A DNA stretch of 32,000 nt from positions 390,001 through 422,000 of the forward strand of contig BA000021.3 in NCBI GenBank assembly GCA_000008885.1, read 5' to 3'. Position numbers and translations under genes: made by a program. The notes below the pieces were generated by a model, which saw only the letters and a program-made list of their open reading frames with translations, ran no database searches and was not told where the DNA came from. Position 1 is the stretch's first letter. Every line of letters starts with the position of its first letter. Below, in pieces: positions 8,380 to 18,772 of this stretch. The stretch comes from Wigglesworthia glossinidia endosymbiont of Glossina brevipalpis (lineage in GTDB: Bacteria; Pseudomonadota; Gammaproteobacteria; Enterobacterales; Enterobacteriaceae).

Positions 8380-8931
8380 TTATTTTTGCATTAAATAAAT
8401 ATTTTTAGTTTCTGTTGATTCGTTCCATAATCTGTTGAATTCTAATTCATATTTTTCTGATATTTCTGGAATATTTTTTATTAAAATAACATTTTCTGCA
8501 TTTCTATTATCTGCGCTTTGAGTATAATTAAAAGATCCAGTTTGAATAGAGTTTTTATCTATAATCATAAATTTATTATGCATAATAGAATATTTATCAT
8601 TTAATCTTATTGGTATTTTATGATTAGATAGGTAAGTTATAGCTGTATATTTTCCACTGTTAGATTTTTTATCTGCTATTATTCTTATTTTTACACCACG
8701 CTTGTCTGCTTCTACTAACGCTAAGCTAATTTTTTTACTTGTAAATGAATAAGCTGCAATATCTATTGAATATTTTGATTCATGTATTGAATCTAAAATA
8801 ATTTTTTGCGCTGTATGACCAGGAGAAAATCCAATTTTAACATTTGAATAATCTATATTCTGTATAGAATATGATTTGTTAGTAACAATTAAACTTAAAA
8901 AAAATAAAAAAATAAAATAGACTAATTTCAT
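8380..8931 (-). CDS. secreted phospholipase-D-superfamily endonuclease, Nuc-like (single HKD motif)
   Basis: 183-aa ORF. The N-terminal signal peptide is MKLVYFIFLFFLSLIVTNKSYS. A single HxK(x)4D(x)6GSxN motif, HNKFMIIDKNSIQTGSFN, is encoded at 8527-8580. Size and layout match the periplasmic Nuc endonuclease family of IncN plasmids as I recall it. Confidence 0.75.
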   Translation of the reverse strand: MKLVYFIFLFFLSLIVTNKSYSIQNIDYSNVKIGFSPGHTAQKIILDSIHESKYSIDIAAYSFTSKKISLALVEADKRGVKIRIIADKKSNSGKYTAITYLSNHKIPIRLNDKYSIMHNKFMIIDKNSIQTGSFNYTQSADNRNAENVILIKNIPEISEKYELEFNRLWNESTETKNIYLMQK

Positions 8932-9040
8932 ATTATTTGTGATAAATTTTTATAAAAATTAATTAAAATTGTTTTTTAAATTTAAATATTTTATTTATTA
9001 AAAATAAAATCCATGTGCAAACAAATAAAAAATTAAATTT

Positions 9041-10435
9041 TTAATTTTTATTTCCAATCATGTTTTCTGGACGAACTAAAATATCAAATTGACTCTCTGA
9101 AATATAATTCAATTTCAAACAAGCTTCTTTTAAAGTAATATTTTCATTGTGAGCTAATTTTGCTATTTTTGCAGATTTATCATATCCTATATGAGGAGTT
9201 AATGATGTAACTAGCATCAAAGATTCTTTAAGAAATTTTTTTATTCTTTTAATATTTGGTTTAATACCAATAACACATTTTTTGTTAAAGCTTTTTATTC
9301 CATCAGATAATATTCTTACGGATTGTAAAAAATTATAAATAATCATAGGTCGAAATACATTCAATTGAAAATTTCCAGACAATCCTCCTATTCCTATGGC
9401 GGAGTCGTTTCCTATTACTTGACAGCATATCATAGATATAGATTCGCATTGAGTTGGATTAACTTTACCGGGCATTATAGAACTTCCTGGTTCATTTTCT
9501 GGAATAATTAATTCTCCTATTCCACATCTTGGGCCAGAAGATAACCAACGTATATCATTTGATATTTTCATAATTGAAATAGATAAATTTTTTAAAGTGC
9601 TATGAACTTTTACTATTGCATCACATGTACTTAAAGATTCAAATTTATTTGTAGAACTAATAAAATTATGTTTATTTATTTCTGACAATAATTTAGATGC
9701 TTTTAATGAATATTTTTCGTGAGCATTTAACCCAGTTCCTACGGCTGTACCACCTAAAGCTATTTCAGAAATACAAAGTATGCTATTTTTTATATATTTA
9801 ATGTTTTTTTTCAACATACAATACCAAGAAGAAACTTCTTGGCCTAAAGTCAATGGAGTTGCATCTTGCAGGTGAGTTCTTCCAATTTTAATAATATCTT
9901 TAAATAATATAGATTTATCATAAAATGATTTTTTTAATTTAATTAAATTCGGTAATAAATTTTTCTTTAAAGACAAAACTGCAGATATATGCATTGCTGT
10001 AGGAAATACATCATTAGAACTTTGACTTTTATTTACATGATCGTTAGGATGTATTATTGAATAGTCTCCATACTTTCCTCCTAATAATTTTATTGCAATA
10101 TTAGCTATTACTTCATTTACGTTCATGTTTGTTTGAGTTCCAGATCCAGTTTGCCAAATTACCAAAGGAAAACTATCTTTGTATTTTCCAGATAATATCT
10201 CTTCAGAAGCTTTAATTATAGCATCAGCTTTTTTTTCTTCTAATAATTTTAGATCTTTATTAACTTTTGCTGCTACAAGTTTTATTTGAACTAAAGCGTG
10301 AATAAGCTCATAAGGCATTTTCTCTGTAGAGATATTAAAATTATAAATAGATCTTTGAGTTTGGGATCCCCACAAACATTTTTTTGGCAATTCAACTTCG
10401 CCAATAGTATCTTTTTCTATTCTATTAATTAACAT
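9041..10435 (-). CDS. fumC: fumarate hydratase, class II
   Basis: 464-aa ORF with the signature GSSIMPGKVNPTQCE. The N-terminus EKDTIGEVELP...LWGSQTQRS is collinear with E. coli FumC. Confidence 0.93.
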   Translation of the reverse strand: MLINRIEKDTIGEVELPKKCLWGSQTQRSIYNFNISTEKMPYELIHALVQIKLVAAKVNKDLKLLEEKKADAIIKASEEILSGKYKDSFPLVIWQTGSGTQTNMNVNEVIANIAIKLLGGKYGDYSIIHPNDHVNKSQSSNDVFPTAMHISAVLSLKKNLLPNLIKLKKSFYDKSILFKDIIKIGRTHLQDATPLTLGQEVSSWYCMLKKNIKYIKNSILCISEIALGGTAVGTGLNAHEKYSLKASKLLSEINKHNFISSTNKFESLSTCDAIVKVHSTLKNLSISIMKISNDIRWLSSGPRCGIGELIIPENEPGSSIMPGKVNPTQCESISMICCQVIGNDSAIGIGGLSGNFQLNVFRPMIIYNFLQSVRILSDGIKSFNKKCVIGIKPNIKRIKKFLKESLMLVTSLTPHIGYDKSAKIAKLAHNENITLKEACLKLNYISESQFDILVRPENMIGNKN

Positions 10436-10482
10436 ATATAGATTCCATAATTAACAAATATAAATATATTATATAAAAATAT

Positions 10483-11307
10483 TTAGTATTTATTGAAAAA
10501 ATTTATTAAAGCTTGATTAATACGTTTATGTTTTGTTTTTTCAAATAAATTTTCTATAATATTTTTCATTTTCAAATTTATTATTTTTCCTTCTAAATAA
10601 TCATCAATTACATCATATTTTATTCCTAATGATTTTTCGTCTGGATATCCTGGTCTATCATCTTCTAGATCTGCAGTAGGTATTTTTGAATACAAACGTT
10701 TTGGACATTTAAGGTATATTAAAATTTTTTTTACCTGTCTTTTGTTTAAATGTAATATTGGATTTAAATCAACAGCGGAATCTCCATGTTTAGTAAAAAA
10801 TCCAGTTATAGATTCTGCGGCATTACATGTTCCAACTACTATTCCAGATGTCATTCCAGCGACACTATACTGTACTTTCATTCTTTCTCTAGATTTTTCA
10901 TTACCTTTAATATGATCTGTTATATTTATACCGGATTTTTTTAAAGAAAAAACACTTGCTTTTACTGCGCTCTTTATATTTATTTTTATGACTTTATCTG
11001 GATTAATAAATTTTATTGCTAATTTGCAGTCAATTTCATCCATTTGTTTTCCATATGGTAATCTAAGAGCTATGAATTTATAATTCAAATTATTATTTTT
11101 TTTTTTCATTTCCTTTATAACTTCATAACAAATTTTTCCTGTTAAAGTAGAATCTTGTCCACCGCTAACTCCTAACACCAATGTTCTTAAATATGAAAAC
11201 TTATTCAGATAAGATATAAAAAAATTTTTAATTCTTTCAAATTCATGTTTTTCTTCAAAATTTGGTTGCACATTGAATTCTTTTATAATTTTTTTTTGTG
11301 TATTCAT
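10483..11307 (-). CDS. nadE: NH3-dependent NAD+ synthetase
   Basis: 274-aa ORF with the PP-loop motif GVSGGQDST. Collinear with E. coli NadE. Confidence 0.9.
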   Translation of the reverse strand: MNTQKKIIKEFNVQPNFEEKHEFERIKNFFISYLNKFSYLRTLVLGVSGGQDSTLTGKICYEVIKEMKKKNNNLNYKFIALRLPYGKQMDEIDCKLAIKFINPDKVIKINIKSAVKASVFSLKKSGINITDHIKGNEKSRERMKVQYSVAGMTSGIVVGTCNAAESITGFFTKHGDSAVDLNPILHLNKRQVKKILIYLKCPKRLYSKIPTADLEDDRPGYPDEKSLGIKYDVIDDYLEGKIINLKMKNIIENLFEKTKHKRINQALINFFNKY

Positions 11308-11354
11308 ATTGTTATTGCTTAATATTAATTTATATTAATGCCATAAAATCTTAT

Positions 11355-12200
11355 TTACAAAAAAGATTTAATTAAATCATCTATAGTTTTTGCTTGATTT
11401 AATGTAAGCTCTAATTTTTTTAGAGGTATTGCGCAAGGCCCATCACATTTAGCTTGCTCTGGATTTGTATGAGATTCTATAAATATTCCTGCTATTCCAA
11501 CAGATATTCCCGCTCTTGATAAAGAATTTACTTGATCATTGTTTCCGCTAGACACTGGGCTAAGAAATTTTCTATTTTGAAGAGAATGTGTTACGTCTAG
11601 TATTATTGGATATCCTCCAGATATTTTTTTCATTACATCTAATCCTAGTATATCTACAATTAAATTGTTATATCCAAACATAGTTCCTCTTTCGCATATA
11701 ATTATTTTCTTATTTCCTAAACTTTTTATCTTTTCTATAATATAAATAATTTGATCAGGAGATAAAAATTGAGGTTTTTTAATGTTCAACACTTTTCCTG
11801 TGTTTGCTGCAGATGCTATTAAATCTGTTTGACGAGCTAAAAAAGCTGGTATTTGAATTATATCTACTACTTCTGATACATGATCTGCCTGAGTTGAATC
11901 GTGTATGTCGGTCATTATTTTTACATTAAATTTTTTTTTAATTTCAGAAAAAATTTTAATTCCATTTTTTAGACCAGGGCCTCTATATGAGTTTATAGAA
12001 GAACGATTAGCTTTATCAAAAGATGCTTTGAAAACAAAAGGTATATTTAATTTGTTTGTTATTTTTACAAAATGTTCACAAACTTTCATTGTTATATCAT
12101 ATTTTTCTAATACATTTAATCCTCCAAATACAACCATTGGGAGACTATTTGATATTTTTATATTTTCTAAATTAATTGTTATATTTTTTTTATATTTCAT
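11355..12200 (-). CDS. kdsA: 3-deoxy-8-phosphooctulonate (KDO-8-P) synthase
   Basis: 281-aa [28 protein letters not shown] and [12 protein letters not shown] are typical KdsA motifs. Confidence 0.92.
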   Translation of the reverse strand: MKYKKNITINLENIKISNSLPMVVFGGLNVLEKYDITMKVCEHFVKITNKLNIPFVFKASFDKANRSSINSYRGPGLKNGIKIFSEIKKKFNVKIMTDIHDSTQADHVSEVVDIIQIPAFLARQTDLIASAANTGKVLNIKKPQFLSPDQIIYIIEKIKSLGNKKIIICERGTMFGYNNLIVDILGLDVMKKISGGYPIILDVTHSLQNRKFLSPVSSGNNDQVNSLSRAGISVGIAGIFIESHTNPEQAKCDGPCAIPLKKLELTLNQAKTIDDLIKSFL

Positions 12201-12234
12201 TAAATATTATTATTTTTATATCAAAGTATATATT

Positions 12235-13080
12235 TTAATTTAAAATGCCATAAGTTACTCTTTCTTTTCTTGTGTAATCAAAACAAGTGCAAACTGATTT
12301 ATATCCATTAGAAAGAAATAAATTTCTTACATCTTCTCCTTGCTGAAATCCGTGTTCAACTAATAAATATCCTTTTCTTTTTAAAAATTTTTTTGAAATT
12401 TTACAAATAATTTTTATATCTTTTAAACCGTCTCTTCCAGAAATTAAAGCAGATTTAGGCTCAAATTTTAAATCTCCTTTTAATAAACATGGATCGTTCT
12501 TTTTTATATATGGAGGATTTGTTATTATCATAGAATATATTTTTTTATCTTTTAAATATTTCCAGTTTATTTTTTTAAATTTTACATTATTTATATTTAA
12601 CATTTTTGCATTTTTTCTAGAAAGAAATATAGATTTTTTATTTTTATCAATTCCAGTAATAATCCATTTTGGATTTTCTTTTCCTAAAGATAGAGATATT
12701 ACTCCGCTCCCACTTCCTAATTCTAATATGCGTGATTCCTTTTTTAAAGGAAGAGATAAAGCTGTTTCAATCAAACATTCTGTATCATGTCTAGGAATAA
12801 ATATACCGCAACTAATTTTTATTTTTATTGACCAAAATTCATGAGATTTTATTAAATATGAAATTGGTTCTCCTAATTTTCTACGTATTAATAGATTTTT
12901 AAGCTTATAATATTGATTCTTTGTAAGATAATTTTCTCCATGTAAAATAATTTTTTTACTATCTACTCTTAAAACATGTTTCAACAATAATTCTGATTCT
13001 TTTATAGAACAATAATTATTTGTAATATTTAATATTTTTGCAGATTCATACATCCATTCATTCCAGCTTATATATTTCAT
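12235..13080 (-). CDS. prmC: release-factor glutamine N5-methyltransferase
   Basis: 281-aa ORF with the SAM-binding motif LELGSGSG and the catalytic NPPY (ITNPPYI). It lies immediately downstream of prfA, as in E. coli. Confidence 0.88.
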   Translation of the reverse strand: MKYISWNEWMYESAKILNITNNYCSIKESELLLKHVLRVDSKKIILHGENYLTKNQYYKLKNLLIRRKLGEPISYLIKSHEFWSIKIKISCGIFIPRHDTECLIETALSLPLKKESRILELGSGSGVISLSLGKENPKWIITGIDKNKKSIFLSRKNAKMLNINNVKFKKINWKYLKDKKIYSMIITNPPYIKKNDPCLLKGDLKFEPKSALISGRDGLKDIKIICKISKKFLKRKGYLLVEHGFQQGEDVRNLFLSNGYKSVCTCFDYTRKERVTYGILN

Positions 13081-13084
13081 ATTA

Positions 13085-14179
13085 TTATTTTAATATTTCT
13101 TTAATTTTTTCTAATTCATACTTTTCTAAAATTGGATTAATTAATATATTTAAATTTCCGTCCATAACTTCATCTATTTTGTATATTGTTAAATTAATTC
13201 TATGATCTGTAATCCTACCTTGAGGAAAATTATATGTACGAATGCGATCTGACCTGTCTCCACTTCCTAATAAGGATTTACGTATAATTTCTTCTTTTTG
13301 TTTTTTGTTTTTTAATAAATTAGCTTGTAATCTTGATTTTAAAACTAACATTGCTTTAGATTTATTTTTATGCTGAGATCTTTCATCTTGACATTCTACG
13401 ACTATATTTGTTGGTATATGAGTTATTCTGATAGCGGAATCAGTTGTATTAATATGCTGTCCTCCCGCCCCGGAAGATCTAAAAGTATCTATTCTTAAGT
13501 CTGATGTTTTAATTTTAGGTAATTTAAAATCTAACATTTCTGGCATTACTGCAATTGTACACGTTGATGTGTGAATTCTTCCTTGAGATTCTGTTTCTGG
13601 TATTCTTTGAACTCTGTGACCTCCAGATTCAAATTTCAATTTATTATATGCGTTTTTATTGCAAATTTTTATAATAACTTCTTTATATCCTCCATGCTCA
13701 GAATTACTATAATTTATAATATCAGTTTTCCAATTTTTTATTTCAGAATATTTTATATACATTCTACATAAATCTCTAACAAACAAGGATGCTTCTTTTC
13801 CCCCTGTTCCAGATCTAATTTCTATGAAACAATTACATATATATTCATCTTCATTTGGTATTAAATATAATATTATTTTCTTTTCAATTAATTTTTTTTT
13901 ATTTTTATAAATATTTATTTCATTTTTAGCCAAATCGTGCATTTCTGGATCTAACAACATTGTTTTTGTTGATTCTATTGTATTATTTATAGATTCTAAA
14001 GACTTTAAATATTTATTTAATATATTCAATTTGGAATATTCTTTAGATAACAAAAAAAAATTTTTTTGTTTTTTAGCTGAAAACGGATCACTAAGGATAA
14101 TTTTTATCTCTTTGTACCTATTTTTTAATTTTTTTAATTTTTGCACTAATGCATAATTCTTTTCAAAAGAAAATTTCAT
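13085..14179 (-). CDS. prfA: peptide chain release factor 1
   Basis: 364-aa ORF with the GGQ motif ([16 protein letters not shown]) and the PET tripeptide ([10 protein letters not shown], which corresponds to PxT). Confidence 0.95.
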
Positions 14180-14201
14180 ATTTGTTTTTTTATTAAAACT
14201 T

Positions 14202-15464
14202 TTACAAATCTATTTTTAATTTATTATATAAATCGTATAAATCTTTATTATTTTTAGAGCATGATGTATTATATAACAATTTTGTTGGTTTATGAACTAA
14301 TCTGTTTGTTAGTTTATATGTTAGTTTTTTTATAATATTTTCTGGATTATTTCCAAGCTTTAATTCTAAAAGTGCTTTTTTCTCATATATTTTTTTTAAT
14401 TTATTAATTTGAAACCTGTACTTTTTGATAATTTCTGACGAATAATATCCTTTTATATGACTCATAAATTTAATGCTTTCTTTTTTTATAATATTTTCTG
14501 CTAAAGTTGCAGCATTTTTTCTTTTTTCTAAATTATTAGTAATTAAATCTTTTAAATCTTCTAATGTGTATAAATGTACTCCTGTTATTTTTTTTATTTT
14601 TTTATCTATATTTCTTGGAATAGATATATCAATAAATATTATTTTCTTATTTTTATTTTTTTCGATGATACTTTTAATGATTTTATATGTTATTATTAAC
14701 TTTCTACTATATGTAGAAGTAATAATAACTTGCATTTTATTTAAATTTTTAAAAATTTCATTAAATTCTACCACACAACCATTGACTTTAATTGCTAAAT
14801 TTTTTGCATGATCTATTGTTCTATTGGAAATAAATAAATCTTTTATTTTATATTTAAATAATTGTTTTGCTATTAATTCATTAATAGTTCCTGAACCTAT
14901 CAACATTACTTTTATTTCAGTAAAAGAAATAAAAATTTTTTTTAATAAAACACATATTATGTATGGTATTGATATAGAATAAGATCCAATTTTTGTTTCT
15001 GATCTGATTTTTTTAGCTACAGAAAAGGCGCTTTCAAATAATTTTTGTAAATCTATAGAAATATTTTTATTTTTTAAAGATCTGAAAAATGCGGATTTAA
15101 CTTGACTTAATATTTGATGTTCTCCTAAAATCATAGAATCTAATCCACTTGTAACTCTCATCAAATGAGACACTGCATAATTATCTATATAAGAATAAAA
15201 ATTGTTTTTTATTTCTTTAATTTTTAAATCATTAAAAAATTTATACAACCACAATATTATTATTTTTTTTGCTTTATAAAAATTTTTTATGCTTAAATAA
15301 ACTTCTGTTCTATTACATGTAGATAAAATAACTCCGCCTAATATATCTGATTTTTTTAATAAATTATTTAGCGCAATATTTATATTTTCAGGAGAAAATA
15401 TTACTCTTTCTCTTAAAGAGATCGGGGCTGTTTTATAACTTATGCCAAATACAAGCAATTTCAT
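14202..15464 (-). CDS. hemA: glutamyl-tRNA reductase
   Basis: 420-aa [19 protein letters not shown] and the active-site LSTCNRTE are collinear with E. coli HemA. It is divergent from lolB, as in E. coli. Confidence 0.9.
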
Positions 15465-15615
15465 AAATGATTTATTTAAAATAGTTAATCTTTAATATTT
15501 TTTTATTATTTTATAAAATTATATATGCTTAGTTTTTAATTTCATAAAAAAATTTTTAAAAATTTCAGATTTATTTTATTTAAAAAATAAATATACCTTT
15601 TCAAAGGAAAATATT

Positions 15616-16226
15616 ATGCTAAATAAGACTAAAATATTTAATATTTTATTAATTTTTATACTAATATTGTCTGGATGTACAAAGAGCAATTTAAAAAATA
15701 AAAAAACTAATAATATAAATATAAATAAAATAAATATAAAAAAATCAATTGAATTTAATAATTATAAAGTATATGGAAATTTTTTTTTACTTATAAATCA
15801 AATTCAATAAAAATGAATTTTTTTTTATTAAAAAAAAATGATTATTATAATTTAGTTTTGCATCATCCTTTTATGGGATTTGAAATAAATTTCAACATTT
15901 TTCCAAAATTTGTAGAAGTCATAGATAATTATGGTAAAAAATATATTGAAAATGATATAGAAAGCATTTTTAAAAAAATTATTGGATTTAATATTCCATT
16001 AAATGATATTCAAAATTTAATAATTGGAAATCCAAAAAATATTACTGGAATAAAATATAATATAGATGGTATATTGTATAAGGCAAAATACAGTTCTACT
16101 AAATACGAATGGAATATTGAATATATAGATTATTATAAATATATTTTTTCTATTTTACCTAAAAAAATAAAATTATTTAAAAATAAATGCATTTTAATAA
16201 TAAAAATAAATCGTTGGATTGTTTAA
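15616..16226 (+). pseudogene. lolB: outer-membrane lipoprotein receptor LolB, interrupted by a frameshift (two ORFs, 15616-15810 and 15813-16226)
   Basis: ORF1 carries a lipoprotein signal peptide with lipobox LSGC. ORF2 ends ...KINRWIV, like E. coli LolB (...MDNWIVK). The two ORFs are collinear with one LolB if a single nucleotide is added between 15780 and 15812. The second ORF is offset by 197 nt, which is frame +2. Confidence 0.7.
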
Positions 16227-17101
16227 ATACAAAAATATGGCCATCTCCAGCAAAAATAAATTTATTTTTATCAGTCACTGGAATTAGAAAAGACGGATAT
16301 CATTTTATACAAACTTTATTTCAATTTTTGAATTATGGAGATTATTTAATTTTTAATACTACTTCGGATAAAAAAATAAAATTAATAAATAAAATACATG
16401 GAATTAGAAATGAAAATAATCTAATTATTAGAGCAGCTAAATCTTTAAAAGATTTTATGTGGAAAAATAAAAATCATGATACTCCTGGAGTAAAAATTTT
16501 CATTAAAAAATATATACCTATAGGAGGAGGATTAGGAGGAGGATCTTCTAATGCAGCAACAACTTTAATAGCTTTAAACGAACATTGGAAATGTAAATTA
16601 AGTTTAAATACTTTAGCGGATTTAGGATTACAAATCGGAATAGATATTCCAGTTTTTATATATGGAAAATCAGCATTTGCAGAAGGTATAGGAGAAAAAT
16701 TATCATTGTTTCAACCTAAAGAAAAATTTTATTTAATAGTAATACCACCTATAAAAATTTCTACTAAATTAATATTTAATAAATTTATTTTAAATAAAAA
16801 AAGTTATTTAAAATCTTGTAATCAATATTTGAAAAAACCATTAAAAAATGATTTTGAACCAATGATAAGAAAAAATTTTATTATTATTGATAATTTAATT
16901 AATTATTTGTCTAAATTTTCAAATTTTAGATTAACTGGAACAGGTAGCTGCATTTTTTCTGAATTTGATTCAGAATGTAAAGCTAAAGAAATATTGTATA
17001 AATTACCAAATAAAATCAAAGGATTTGTTAGCAAAGGAACCAATATATCTTATCTAAAAGAAATTTTAAAAATAAGATCTAATTTTAATGTTTTATCTTA
17101 A
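16187..17101 (+). CDS. ispE: 4-diphosphocytidyl-2-C-methyl-D-erythritol kinase
   Basis: 304-aa ORF. WPSPAKINLFL, the GHMP-kinase motif PIGGGLGGGSSNAA and LTGTGSC are present. The start is uncertain: ATG 16187 overlaps lolB by 40 nt, and an in-frame TTG at 16214 is an alternative. Confidence 0.88.
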   Translation: MHFNNKNKSLDCLNTKIWPSPAKINLFLSVTGIRKDGYHFIQTLFQFLNYGDYLIFNTTSDKKIKLINKIHGIRNENNLIIRAAKSLKDFMWKNKNHDTPGVKIFIKKYIPIGGGLGGGSSNAATTLIALNEHWKCKLSLNTLADLGLQIGIDIPVFIYGKSAFAEGIGEKLSLFQPKEKFYLIVIPPIKISTKLIFNKFILNKKSYLKSCNQYLKKPLKNDFEPMIRKNFIIIDNLINYLSKFSNFRLTGTGSCIFSEFDSECKAKEILYKLPNKIKGFVSKGTNISYLKEILKIRSNFNVLS

Positions 17102-17162
17102 AGATTAAAAAATTAAACGCTAATATATTTAGTATGGGAAAATTAGGATAATTGAATTAATA

Positions 17163-18080
17163 ATGAAAATTTTTTCTGGAAGCTCAAATATTAAATTATC
17201 TAATAAAATTGCTAATCTTCTTGGGATTAGTATATCAAATTCTGAAATTAACAAATTTCAAGACGGAGAAATAAATATAAAAATTAACGAAAATGTTAGA
17301 GGAGAAGAAGTATTCATAATACAATCTATGTGTTTTCCAGTAAATGATAATTTTATGGAACTAGTTATCACAGCTGATGCTCTTAAAAGAGCTTCTGCTA
17401 AAAAAATTATAGCGGTAATACCATATCTTGGTTATTCTAGACAAGATAGAAGAGTTTATAATGAACAAGTACCAATCACTGCAAAAATGATAGCTAATTT
17501 GTTAGCTGCATCAGGAATATGTCATGTTATAATTGTTGATTTACATTGCGAACAAATACAAGGATTTTTCGATATAATATTAGATTCTATAACTACTGAA
17601 AATATATTTTTTAATGATATTATTAGTCAAAAATTAAATCAACCTGTTTTAGTTTCTCCTGATTTTGGCGGAATGAAAAGAGTAAGAAGAATTTCAAAAA
17701 TGTTAAATCATAAAGATATAGTAATAATAGAAAAATACAGACCTAAATTAAACGAATCAGAAGTAATAAAGGTAATAGGAGATGTAAACAATAGAGATTG
17801 TATTTTGTTGGACGATATAATTGATACCGCATCAACATTGTGCAAGTCTGCTTTATGCCTAAAAAAATTAGGAGCATCTAAAATAATCTGCTATGCTACT
17901 CATCCAGTTTTTTCTAAAAAATCATATAAAAACATAAAAAATTCAGAAATTGATGAATTTATTGTATGTGATTCAATTCCATTGAATGTCAATATAAAAT
18001 GTTTCAATAAAATCAGGGTTTTAACTATATCTAAAATTTTAGCAGATCATATATTTTCTATTAGTAAATTAAATAAATAA
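17163..18080 (+). CDS. prs: ribose-phosphate pyrophosphokinase (PRPP synthetase)
   Basis: 305-aa ORF. FQDGEINIKINENVRGEEVFIIQS, YLGYSRQDRR and the PRPP-binding loop DDIIDTAST are present. Confidence 0.93.
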   Translation: MKIFSGSSNIKLSNKIANLLGISISNSEINKFQDGEINIKINENVRGEEVFIIQSMCFPVNDNFMELVITADALKRASAKKIIAVIPYLGYSRQDRRVYNEQVPITAKMIANLLAASGICHVIIVDLHCEQIQGFFDIILDSITTENIFFNDIISQKLNQPVLVSPDFGGMKRVRRISKMLNHKDIVIIEKYRPKLNESEVIKVIGDVNNRDCILLDDIIDTASTLCKSALCLKKLGASKIICYATHPVFSKKSYKNIKNSEIDEFIVCDSIPLNVNIKCFNKIRVLTISKILADHIFSISKLNK

Positions 18081-18154
18081 TTATTTTTTTAAAATATATT
18101 AATTAAACATAATATATATTTAAAGTAAAAAAAATAAATTTTTGAACAAGTTAA

Positions 18155-18730
18155 ATGAAATTAAAATTAATTGTAGGGTTATCTAACCCGATAAATTTAT
18201 ATTACAACACCAGGCATAATATAGGATCTTGGTATATAAAATTTTTAGCTAAAAAATATAAAAAAAATTTAATAAAAAATAAAAAATATTGTTTTTATTA
18301 TATAGACGTTAAAATAGGAGATTATTATTCTAAATTAGTTATTCCAGATACTTATATGAATGTTAATGGAACAATTATTTATAATATAACTAATTTTTAT
18401 AAAATATATTCAAATGAAATGCTGATAGTTCACGATGATTTAGATCTTGATACAGGAATAGCGCGTTTTAAATTTAACCACAAAAATAGTACTCATAATG
18501 GAATAAAAAGCATATACAAATCTTTTGGAGCAAAATGTATTTTTAACACTCTTAGGATAGGAATAGGAAGACCAAAATTAAATAAAAATATTAATTCATA
18601 CTTATTAAATAATCCAAGCCCTAAAGAGGAAATATTAATTAAAAAAACAATAACAAAATGTATAAAATGCACCGATGTTTTAATAAAAAAAAACAAAGAT
18701 CATGCTATGAATATATTACATAAAAAATAA
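18155..18730 (+). CDS. pth: peptidyl-tRNA hydrolase
   Basis: 191-aa ORF. LIVGLSNP...YYNTRHNIG, VHDDLDL and GHNG-like HNGIKS are present. It is adjacent to ychF, as in E. coli. Confidence 0.88.
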   Translation: MKLKLIVGLSNPINLYYNTRHNIGSWYIKFLAKKYKKNLIKNKKYCFYYIDVKIGDYYSKLVIPDTYMNVNGTIIYNITNFYKIYSNEMLIVHDDLDLDTGIARFKFNHKNSTHNGIKSIYKSFGAKCIFNTLRIGIGRPKLNKNINSYLLNNPSPKEEILIKKTITKCIKCTDVLIKKNKDHAMNILHKK

Positions 18731-18772
18731 GTATTGAATATAAATTTTAAAAAATATTAATCAGGATAACAC

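Noticed and set aside
11905-12243. 112-aa + strand ORF. The same class includes 1902-2105, 3723-3944, 13571-13771, 14473-14811, 18493-18696, 25088-25378, 26893-27087 and 27468-27689.
   Set aside because: All are embedded antisense in well-supported conserved genes (kdsA, purM, grxD/ribE, prfA, hemA, pth, sufS, sufD, sufC). All translate to hydrophobic low-complexity sequence, and I found no independent support for any of them.
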